DNA of 64,000 nucleotides from NCBI GenBank assembly GCA_976226885.1, contig OZ320314.1:55800001-55864000 (forward strand), written 5' to 3'. Each line of letters opens with the position of its first letter. The first letter of the stretch is position 1. The notes under the pieces are model-generated. The model was not told where the DNA came from. It saw only the letters and a list, made by a program, of their open reading frames with translations, and searched no databases. A program made the position numbers and the translations under genes. The stretch is from Iphione sp. A-MEVVRFRX5. Taxonomy: Eukaryota. Shown here piece by piece: positions 48,301-60,300 of the stretch.

Positions 48301-51300
48301 CTACCCTATGCTGTGGAGACCAGCCACCCCACCCCCAGACTACAAGAAGTCCAGACTGGGTTTGGGGAAAGGTGACTGGTTAGATGCTCACGAGTATGGT
48401 GTCAAGCGAGGGGGCAGCGACCGTGACCAGGGATCACCAGAAGCAAAGCACCGGCGGGGGGAGGCACCCACCGAATTGAGGTAATGTCCCAGACATCACC
48501 ATCACAGGGAGTGATCCCTGGCGAAGCCACCTGCAAGAGGCGCATTCCCCGGGGAGACATTGTCAGGATCAGAGATGGTCGTCGAGCACACAAGGGGCAG
48601 CGGATCCCTGTGGCGGGGGAGAACCACGAGCTTCCACAGTGAAGGGCAAGTCACCTAAGGAAGTGGGAGTCATGTTGGAGCACACGTTGGACCTGGTGAA
48701 GCAGAGTATGGGGGAACCGGAGGTGCGGAGTAAACCCCCTTCCCGGTGCCCAACACACTCGCACCCAGAAGCCAGGAGGGCCATCACCCTGTGCTCCCCA
48801 CGGGAACGATCCAGGAGGAGGGATTGCAGGACAAGCTGAAAGCTGTTCGGGCATTGGCAAATGAGGTCATCTCTCTTAGTTCCAGCTCAGATGGCTTTCC
48901 ATGGAAGGGCCTGTGGAAGGGTCGGCCCCCAATGTCAGGGGAGGAGGCTGCCTAAGACAGGAACATATCCAGGATGAAGATGGGGTCGACGGCCACCTTC
49001 ATGACCCCTCAGGGTGCCAGGGAGTACGTGCTGGTGGACACTTCTCCCATGCTGGTGGTGCGCAAGGTGTCAGAAGAGCAGGTGAGGCAGCTTCTGGAGG
49101 AGGTGGAGGTGGAGTGCAAGGCCTGGACTCGAATGGGGCAGTGGCCATCCCACACCTCCTCTATCGACTCAGACAATGCCGGGGACCTGGATGCCCTCCT
49201 GCTGGTGGCAGACAAGGCAGCAGCCAACCTGGAGCAGGGAGCGGCGGCTGGGCCCAACGCGGGGGAAGAGGCTTCCCCAGTAAAGGTATCAACAATGGAG
49301 AAGGGGGAAAGGGCTGATGCTCTACCCCCAGTGGTGGAAGAAACGGGGGAAGTGGCTTCCTCCATGCCCAAGGTGGGGGCGCAGATGGTGGAAAAGGGGG
49401 CAAGGGCCGACACCCTGCCCCTGGTGGTGGAATCCACAGTGGAGACTGGGGAGGAGGCTCCCTCCAAGCCCCAGGCACGGGCAAAACCCAAAGACGGGGG
49501 GGGAAGGGCCAACACCCTACCCCCACCAGCGAAAACGGGGAAGGCGGCATTCTCTGAGCCCCGGGTAGGGGGGTGAAACCAAGAGGCAAGGAGGAGAGGG
49601 CCAATGCTCTCGTCCCGGTGGGAGAAGTGGCTTCCTCCGCGCCCAAGTCGGGTGCAGTGGCAGGGACGATGGAGGGCCATTGCTCTCCCCACCACCAGAG
49701 ATGACTGAGGAGAAGGGGCAGTCAGCCCATCCACCATCTCAGACAGAGACGACTCCCATGGAGGGAGTCCAGGACACCAAAGTCAAGGAGGTGGGGCCTT
49801 CCATGCCCAGGTGGGAGGACCTGACTTCAGCCAGAGCCGAGAGTGGGGGGAGCGACTCCATCCAAGGGGCGACGCTACAGCCCCGGAACGCAGGTGCCCC
49901 ACCCAAGGCCGATGTTGGGGCTTCGGATTCGACTACCATAAGTGGGGCAAAGCCCTCTACCCCCGACAAGGCCATTGAGGAGGCACAGCTGACAGAGGCC
50001 ATCACACAGTCCCTGAAGACAGGGGAGGAGGAGGAGGAGCAGCAGGCCCTGGCATCCCAGGGAGGCCCAAGCAAAGTGGACCTCATGGCTAAGGTCATGA
50101 AGAAATCGGGCATCGAGGCAGTGCAAACCCTTTCTCTGGGACGGGCCGGGTGGGGGCTTACTTATATCTTCCCACTCTTGGTGACGATGGGGATCCCCAG
50201 AACTCCTTCCCTAGGGTTCTGGACGAAGGGCAGCAGGATGGCGACTGGAGGACGGATGGAGGCTGATGGGTTGCTAGAGGAGTGGCCCTCACAGATACCT
50301 GAGTGTATCGTGAAATGGGCCAATGCAAAGGTGGTGACATTGCGGACGCCACCACTACCGGGGTGCCCAGTAAAATGGGGCCACAGGAGCACTGAACTGA
50401 AATTCAATGACAATCACACTCTGGTGTGTAACTTTGACAATAGCTGCCATGTGGCCCTTAAGTCCAAGACTGGCCCTGTGGATCTTACTGGTTGGTACTC
50501 CCACTTGCGGAGCCAGTACCTGACAGTAGCCCATGACTCGGAGGCCTGGTACTGGGAAGAGGAGGTCAGAGAAGATGGTTTGTTGGTGTTATACATTAGA
50601 GACACTTACATGATTAATTGCTTGATGTTGGAGTAAAGAGTAAGATTCTATGAGGACATAGAACAGTCTGGAAGGGAGGAGTGTTATATTGTAATATTTA
50701 TTATGTATGTGTTGGTTAAGGATGTTTGCAGGTGGGCTTGGTGCCCAGAGTATCACTGAACTGTCACTGTATAATGTTTGCCACTGAGTTGTGTATTGCC
50801 ACAGTATTGCTATATTGTGGGGGAGGCATTCCCCGGTATTTCCATGGTATTGCCCCTGTATGTTTGCGGGGCAGAGGGGTATAAATAGACCCGAGTTGTT
50901 GTGTCAGTTGTCAGTTGCTTGTTAACCTTCATGGAATAAACATCAAAACCGGATTTACTTGTGGACCTTATTGATTAAGCAATGGTTCGGCGGAGTACAC
51001 GTAACAATATAATAATTTCATGGAGATCCCTTAATTATTATCGACAGATTGTTGCTTGCAGTCTAAATTAAACTGTAATCATCACTTATGATTATCATGT
51101 GATAAATGACAATTCGATGTGATATGTGGTCATCTTGGTGATGATGGTGTCCCCAAATATGACTAATCAGGCATCCTGATTTGCAGCTTCAAGGTATTTA
51201 GCAGTTGCTGATTTTACTGGGACCAGTAGAAATGTCAACGTAGCTAACTCACTTTGTTTGCATACTTTTTAGCTAATTACAAATACAAATGACTTGGTAA

Positions 51301-54300
51301 ATGTTATTGAAACGACAGCTATCTCAAGGTCTAACCCACACTAGCAAGGATTAGCTTTAAAAAAACTACTGATGTTTCTTGAAAGCCAATATAGAGTCTT
51401 CCTGGGAGTAAGTGTACAGAATTTGAAATGCTATAATTTGCGATGGCCAAGTGGGGACCAAAGACATACTGATGTTTACAGTAACTGTAACTGTATGTGC
51501 CTCGTTAGGCATCGGATTCACAGTGACGAAGGCATTCAATAGTGGCTAATAACGTAGTAGATATAGACAATTGTCTCATGTCCTTTGGAATGGCTAGCTC
51601 TAGCAACTTAGTTTATCAGTTTGTGTATCTAGGCTATTGGAACTCTGATACTAACAGAGATTACCAAATCAAACTGACCACTGTAAGGGCTGCTTTCAGT
51701 TAGAAGGCTCCATTGCTAAAGCGATCTGGCATCAACAGGTGTTTAGTTAGGGTTATACAGGTGCTGTATTGTGATGTCATAGCACTACCTGGGAAGCACA
51801 AATTGACATCATATATCCTTTTGGTGATTAGTATTATCAAAAGCTTAAGGTTTCAATAAGTTATTTTATCAGGCATCAGTGGTGAAGAAAAACTCACAGT
51901 GTACCTTTCTTGATAAGGTACCTTTAGGTTGCCATGGGTGTGAGGCTACCTGTGCTTTCCAGAATCCCATTGGTATGGAACTCCTCTAATGTTTCGGGAT
52001 GTCCAATCAACCTTTGCGACAACTTCATTATTTTTCAGCTTTTATTGTTTATTTGGTCAGAGGGTTTCCGATGATAAACGGATTAATACCTCATCCAGTT
52101 GCACTGTGCAGTTGGCTGTGTCGTAAAAAACAGTTGTTTGAACATCCTGCACAGTGTATGTTAAGTTTTATTTATGTATTTTCTTTCTTGGTGTTGTCAG
52201 GAGGAGAGTCAAAGACGCAAGAGGTGGTTACTGAACTGCTCAGTGATGCTATGAACTTAGAGAAGGCCCAGGAGCCCAAGGGTGACCTGCTGACCTCACA
52301 GTCTCTCAACTATTCCATCAGGTTAGGACTTCCAGAACAACTGAGTCCTTTAAAGTAAATGTGCCCACTTAAGTAATTTTGGTATATACAGCCATGCGAA
52401 TTGAGTGAGATACTGGGAAAAGGATATACAACTGCCACAAAAAGTCTTTCTGGAAAAACATTTTTGCACTCTAGTTAAAGAACGTAGTAAATCACAAGAC
52501 CATGAATATGATTAATATTTATTTTTATTACTAAAGAATTTCACTGTAATTCCTGTTTCAGTTACATGTCATTGTGTACACATGTATTCTGTATATTTTT
52601 TGTATACAATTATGTCACTAAAGACAGTACGACAAGTACGGTTTCATGGTTGGCCCTCGAAGTGAAGAAGATCTCCTGGAAAAAGCCAGCTTGTTACAAA
52701 GGCGATCTAATGAGCTGCTTGACAAGGTGAATAGCTAGAATTTTTAATTAGATAAAAATGCATTTAGGATTTGCAATCTTAATTTTTCCTTTTCTTTCTG
52801 AGTTAGTCCTTGACAACCACTCCCAGGTTCTGCTGACAGCCTGTGTGCCCATACACATGGCTATACCTGAGTCTGTTTAGATCTGAGTTGTTTTTTTCCT
52901 GACCTGTCATCCTAATGTTCCATTGATTACCAATGGCCATGCAAGATTATCTTTTTTTCCTGCCTTTTAATCTTTTTTCCAAAACACCAGGATCATGGTT
53001 TTCGATCTGGGGAGGACTATGTCCTGACCTCCTGTGCTCCTCTGCCCGGGAGTATGTAGAACTGTTATCATGATTTCCAATCTACTTTGATACAGGCGAA
53101 AGTAACATCATTTATGTGACTCTGTGCTAAAACCGAGTTATTTTGTAAGTATAATAGAACAGCCAATGATTTAATGATAAAGTTACAATCTAGTTCCCCG
53201 CTTGCCACTACGTGATGAAAAAATAATGTTTCTCAATGTATATATCAACTCGGATTTCTTCCCTTGATGTCTCACGCTTCTCTTTATCAGTCAAGATAGG
53301 TGATACTTGGAACTCATACTTTCACTGTTTTAATTACCTAAATGCCATGGGGGAATTAAGCTTACTGAACAACCATGGTTGTCAGGGAGGTGGCTCCATA
53401 GGATGCCATGTAGGCTATGATTGCTTGTCTCATTTACATTGGTACAGTAGACAGTGTAGTGAATGAGCCTCTGTGATGTGACCTTCGAACAATGGCGGCC
53501 GATGTTATCAAGCTTACTGAGAGAGAGGGCTTTGCCACGTGGGGAGGCCTTGTTGGAATGGACAAAGGCAGTGGCAGCCAAGGTTAACAAAGCATCAGTG
53601 TTCTGGAATAGTACTGGAAGATGTTCTTTGGGATGGCTGACAGGAACTGTTAGTTTATTCGTAATCCGCATTTGTTGACATTTTACCCCAACAGTATATT
53701 TGCTACATGGAATGTAGTCTATACAAACAGTGTTCTTTTATTTCAAAATTTAATCCAACCCAAGGCATCAGCAAACGCTGGTTTTCAGCTATTGGCTGTT
53801 TTATTGTAGGTATATAGCACAAGATTTATTTATTGTCCTGACAAACCTGTGTTTTGTCAGATCCAGCTGTCACCTCAAACTTTGTCCAAATGAGATTTAG
53901 TTACACATTTTGTCACCTGATAGTTGCTTCAAAAATGTCACTTTGATAGATCACTGGCAATCAATATTATGGCAGGCTCCGGGAATGTTATGGCTGGAGT
54001 TGGTGGAGGCTCCACCTGGTGTCACATTTATGTATAAAAGTAGGGCAGGGGAAGCCTTATTGTCATTTGTGATTTCACGCTTCAGAAATAAACATCTTTA
54101 AAGATTTAGCCACCAGTCATGTCACTACATTCGGGGCGAACATTAGACAGTGAGACCTTACAACAGTAGAAATTGTAGGGACTTTCATCAAAGCAGCCGT
54201 GTCCCCTGTAGCCGAGCTACCCCTTCTTCCTCTCTCTCACCAAAGTAAAGACTGCTTTCTTTAGAGGGGGGGGGGAGTTAAACCCGGAAATCAATTCCAC

Positions 54301-57300
54301 TTCTCCCTTTTTAATCTCACTAAAGTATAGATATTATTTTCTTAACATGGGGGGGGGTTGACACCTGGAAATTAATTCCCCATATCCCTCTCTCTCACCC
54401 ACGTTTCTTAGACAATCACACTACTCCTGGATATATTGGTCGGCAATGTTGGGCAGGACCTCCCAACCTCTCCCTACCTATCCTCCACACCTCCCTCAGG
54501 TGTTGGTACTTTTGAAGATATGGTCAGCTGTGTCACATGGGACTTCCCAACTGGTCCCAGTCTGTCCCTCACACCACAATAAGGTGTTGGTAGATCTGAA
54601 GATGTGGTCAGCAGTGTCCGGGGCAGTCCTCCAAACTTCTTCTGAACCTCCCTTTTCAGGGCAGTTCTGTCCGATGTAGCCTCAGAGAACACTCATAAGG
54701 GACTGAATTAAGGCTGTCCTTAGCCGGATGTCCAGTATGACTGAGTGCCTGCAGTGGTGTGGCACAGTTAACCATAAAATAGAGTGTTTCTATTCTGTTC
54801 TGCGCAATTTGCGTCTATTGTAAGGGTTGTCCACAATGGCCAAGCGTTTGTAATAAGGGTTTTTACTGGATTGTCACAGACATGCTTTTTCAGCTCATAC
54901 TGCATACTGTAGAGAAACCTATTTTTGTCATGTTCATTGGGGATATGATTTTACCAGGGCAAAAAGACATTTCTATAAGAGTAAAAACGCAACCAAGCTA
55001 AAAGTTGGTACGGTAAGGACTCTGAACATGCAGTATCTGAAAATACATGTATGTCATTTCCGAATAAATGTTGCCAAGTCTTGATTGTACCTTTTATATG
55101 CAGCCATTTTCCTTCACTGATACCAATATCTATTGCCTGGCCCTCTAAATTCCCTCCACCAATAACCCATATAATTTTTTCAGGACGTTGGCAGAGAAAT
55201 CTCGCACAACGTAAGGTGGGAGAATTACTTCATTGGTTTGGGTGGTCGTGAATTGCAGCGGTCACAAGAATTAAAATCACACATCAGAGAGGGCATCCCT
55301 TGTCAGCATAAGGATCGAGTCTGGAAAGCGTGAGCAATATTCCATGCTAACATCCAAGTAGAATCTTTGTCGCATGACATACCTAAGTGTAGGACATTCT
55401 CTAAAATGTTTAACGTTTTAATAGCTGAGGATTCCCAGGTGATTATTGTGCAATTACTTACCAGTTTTCCCAATGTTATTGTGGTGGTGATGGATCATTT
55501 ACTTAATGTAATTTTGTAAAGATGTAAATTTACATTTTAAAGCCAATAAAGTAGAACCACATCATGAAATTTATGTCGAGGCTTATACATATATCATTCA
55601 CAGATGTGTGTCATTCCGTGTTGGCAAGTTGCGAGAGAGTTTAGGACCAAACTACTATCAGAACCTTTTGGTTCGTATACAGGAGCAGTCACATCGCCAC
55701 AATCCAGCTGTCAAGCAGGTACGGAAAGTAGTCAAACTGTTCCCCATTCTGCATGAATCAAGCACCCCTCATTCTCCCAAAATCACGATATGGATTTTTT
55801 TTATGTGATAACATTTCCTAAATTTCGAGTAATACAGTCTCGTAATATAATTAGGGCAATATTCTAGCCAGCATAAGGGTCGGTTTCCTTACATGCATTG
55901 GTGTCCGTGTGTTTTCTGTCCATTTCAGTCTGTTTTTATCGATCCTGTTGATTTTAATATAGGATGTCAAATACGTCCATGTCCGTTGGTATCCGTTTGG
56001 TATCCATTGCCCATTAACAGTCCCTGCCCCATAATTTAAGGAAAACAGATGCCAACAGACCAGTAGTATATCAGAGATATTCTTTGAATCAGGTGAAAGA
56101 CCATGATTTCTGTGGATTTTGGAATCATATTCGTCCTTTTCATCATTTTCCCTATCATATTCATAGCTTTTAGAATCATATTCATCCTTTTTCATCATTT
56201 TCCCCATCATATTCACAGGTTTTAGAATCATATTCGTCCTTTTTCATCATTGTTCCCATCATTTTTGCCATTTTTTATGGCTTTTAGCATCATTTCTGTC
56301 CCTTCTCCCATCATGCAACCTCACACAACCTCAACACAACCTCAATAGACACCCCTATCCGTTAGGCTGCATTAAGAGAAAACGCATGTCAAACACATAC
56401 TGACGCACACAGCAGCATAACACAGCCTGACGGATGTCAATACAGGTAAGGAAACCAACCCTAAGACTTACATCACCACACTGTTTAGTCCAGTGAATAC
56501 ACTTACGATTTAGAGCCAGTATATTTCAACAAGTACTGTCAAGTGAAGTGATTTTTTGAAATCATTGAAATGAACCATTCATATTCATTGTATTTTGGCA
56601 TGACTTAACGCAGTGTCCACCTTCCACGGTTTTGTTTTCAGATTGAACTGGATCTCCTTCGGACTTTGCCCAACAACCGCCACTATGAGACAATGGTCTC
56701 GGAAGGAATACCCAAGCTGAAGCGTGTTTTACGTGCATACACACAGCACAACCCGGACATAGGCTACTGCCAGGTAGGTGGTCAGTGCTTCAATGAGACC
56801 TGAACCAAGATGGAACCAGTTGTTAATTAGAAACAGAAATAAACTCTAAAGAAATAAATTGTATGATGATATGTGTATTTTGTTACCATATAGAGACTAA
56901 CCATTTTGTTAGAGGTGGAACATCTTGTTTTGCTAATGAGAAGCTAACTGTTAGGTAATTCTGTACATATATGTTTCGATTACTAAATCCGGTTTATTTG
57001 AGATTCAGCCATATCTTATTGACCCCTCTGCCTCATACATGCTTTCCCAGACTACAAACACTTTGTAATAACTAATACTTATATACCTAAGCCTCATACA
57101 TAGTGTAAATAACTGGTAGACCTGCCATAAATGGAAAATTAACAGTATAAACATATACACGTAGTTCGCAGACTTATTTACCCGAGTGTAAGAACGTTTC
57201 CATGTGGATCATACGTGTATTTCTTTTCTCAACAATTCTGCCCTATGCTCTGATTTTGAAGGTGCTGTCAACCATCTCTTTGTGGGCGTCTTGACCTTAT

Positions 57301-60300
57301 TTCGATTGAATCTGATTTATGTGTTACTTACCAGTTGACACATGTCCACTTTTCCACAGGGCCAGAACCGACTGGCAGCCATCGCACTGCTGTTCCTGGA
57401 GGAGGAGGATGCTTTCTGGTGCCTGGTCGCCATCACAGAATTCCTTATGCCTGTTGACTACTACAGTTCCACTCTCAGCGCTGCCCAGGTTGACCAGGTA
57501 AGCATTCTGCAGTGTGTGTGTAGCTGACCCTGTTGTTCACTTCCAGGTAGCCTACGTTACACTGACGCTTTTTGCTTGTACAGATTTCAGTAAAGGACTA
57601 CATGTGAGCTCTCTTCAACCGGCCTCCAGTTTGACGGATTCACTCATCTACCAAATTGAATCGAACAATACTTATCTGTTCTTATGAAAGGACTCAACCC
57701 AACCATGTAAAGTACTGTGTTTTGGAGACTTTATTGAATAGTCAGTTTAATCAGAGAGCTGCAACGTTTTGTCTAGGTTAACAGACTTCATCAGGCAGAA
57801 TACTTATATGTGTATTACTCATAGATGAATGCCCTCAACAACCAGATTCCCTTATCAACTTGACTACATTCATTGTAACCAAGAATCTTGTTGACGAGAG
57901 CTGTCTGTATGGTGTTAACTGCAAGGTGTTAACTGATTCAAAATTGTTTGTCAACAACGTGATCATACATTTTCACCTTGTAGTGTAACAAAGGTTTTAC
58001 ACCTTTTACTTGGGTGTCAGTTGTCATAAGCGGTAGGACTAATATAAGTAAAAGGTCTTAGGTGGAGGCTCTAGTTCAGTGGCTGGAAGACTGGTGGACC
58101 GTTGTACTTAACAGGTGAAAAGAATGAGTAGTGCCTTTTTGCCTCCATGACAGAGCTGACTTGTGAATGTCTTGTACAGTGAAAGTCATGGACTGGTACC
58201 ATCCTCCCCTTATTAGGTTATTTGCCTAGTTATGTAAGAGATTTCACATTTTAATGGGAATTTCCATGCCTTAAAGTGTTTGTCAAGTATTGGCGAAGGG
58301 ATTGAATGTGTGTAAACTGTGACTAATGAATTGTGTGAAGTCTTTATATTGGTATTGTAAAAGACACCACTTGCACAGAGTTCAGAATATCAAAGTAAAC
58401 ACTGGTCCTGTATGGCAAGATATAGGGCATACGTGACCTTCTACCTAGAGTTGGTAAGTTGAGTTTGTACCATGATGTCAAGCAGATTGTACAGTCGACC
58501 TTCACAATACAGGTCCCCTATATATTCAGACGCTACATGTCTAGGCAAACTGAAGTGTATAGATCTACTTACATGCTTTTCCCTATGTTCAGCTTTTTTG
58601 TTCGTTCATGAAGAAAGAAGTTAACGAAAGTTACAACATATTTTGTCGAAAGCTAAGCTTTTTTACACTACCTATATAAAACGTTGCCCGAAAGTAGTCC
58701 GGCCATGGAGGCTGACATATGTGGCACTACTTTCTACACAGAATGGTGTATTCCTACACCCCCTGTTGTAAAATGAGATTTGGTATCAATGCCCCTCTGT
58801 GTCCAGTCAAGCAGAACACAGGGTTGTAAAACTATCCCTCCGCCTGATATGGCAGGCGCCGTAGGCGCTTGTTTCCATTAAAATTGGTAAATCTGAAACT
58901 TCATATTATAGTGATCATTCATGATACTAAATATTATTATTCTACAGCTGAACCTTATAAATCACATCAGCTGTATTTTCATCCATATATGGTTTGAATA
59001 GAGAGGTGTCTGGATAAATGACGGCAAGTATAATTTGCAGTTAGCCCACACCTACTGAAGACTATGTATAACTCGCATCATATCAGAATGCCTTTCAAGG
59101 AACCCGAAATAATAAGGACGTGCCGGTACTGTATTCAAGATTAAAGTGTTTTGCTTTCTAGACATTTACTATCAGTGAAGGTTAGACCAAAGTCAGTCTT
59201 CTCATGTTAAAGGTCAGCTGGCCTCTACTATAGGAAATGGAAAATACATTTGCAAGGCATGTGGCAGTGAATTTGAGGGTAAGGAGGAGGAAACGGCAAT
59301 GGCTGTGAGGGAAAAGGAGAGTAAACTACAAGTAGACAACCTGAGGGCAGTGGTCAAGCTGCATGGTAGAGTGTGTGCTGGCATAATGTATCACTGGGAC
59401 AGGCTTGTGCCACTGACTGTGAGGGGAAAAGCAGAAGAAACCACAGACAGCATGACAAGTGAAACTGGCTAGAGGAATGGGGAGCTATGCTATGTACTGT
59501 ATCAGAGAGTGAGTCAGTGAGCATATGTATGTTCATGTCTATGCACATTTAGGCATTTGTGTGTTCATAATGTGAGTATTGTTAGTTCAGTGACAAAATT
59601 TAGATCAAAACATGAACAACTCTGATTCTAGTGGCAAAATTGCAATCAGTACACGAGGTCTTAAACCTCCACTGTGCAGCTGATAGCTGCAACGTCAGCT
59701 AGTTTTATTACACGTATCTATCTGCTACTTAATCAGTGGATGGCCTCCTTTAGCTGGGCCACAGTTGAGTAGAAAGACTGTCAGTACATGTACATGCATC
59801 CGAACCCGTTACTTGCAGTATTCTTTAAGTTAAGCTAGAATGATATGATATAAAGGAATATGCTATTGCCACAGGTAGCCACATTTCTTTATTGGTAATC
59901 CACTTTATGGGTCACTGATGTAGTCAGTACTATGATTTTGGGGGAAGAAATCCATAACTAATGCACAACGCCATAAATATTATCTATGAATAAAGGAAAG
60001 ATATATCTTGATTTTCCTCACATTTTCATATCCGTCTGCAACATTTCTCTGCTTGGACTGGGCAATTCTGAATTAACAGCGTGTGCTAAAAGACCTGATG
60101 TCAGAGAAGATGCCTCAGTTGATGTATCACTTGGAGACTCAGAAGATGGATATCTCACTCTTTACATTCAACTGGTTCCTCACCATCTTTGTTGACAACA
60201 TCCCACCAGAAACCTACCTGCGAATATGGGATGCTTTCCTTTATGAAGGCAACAAGGTACACTCAAAATCTTTACACAACATTTAAGACTAAAGTGATAG

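Noticed and set aside
43162-50605. Many overlapping antisense and alternate-frame ORFs across Gypsy-4 (and across Gypsy-2 and Gypsy-3)
   Set aside because: Expected shadows of GC-rich coding sequence; no recognisable motifs.
47829-50636. Envelope gene interpretation of the Gypsy-4 extra ORF
   Set aside because: No signal peptide, furin-site/fusion-peptide layout or C-terminal TM anchor; the motifs seen are intracellular (zinc fingers, UIM).
42805-51015. Target-site duplication for Gypsy-4
   Set aside because: Flanks (gattg vs atata) do not match, so no TSD is claimed; decay or inter-element recombination is possible.
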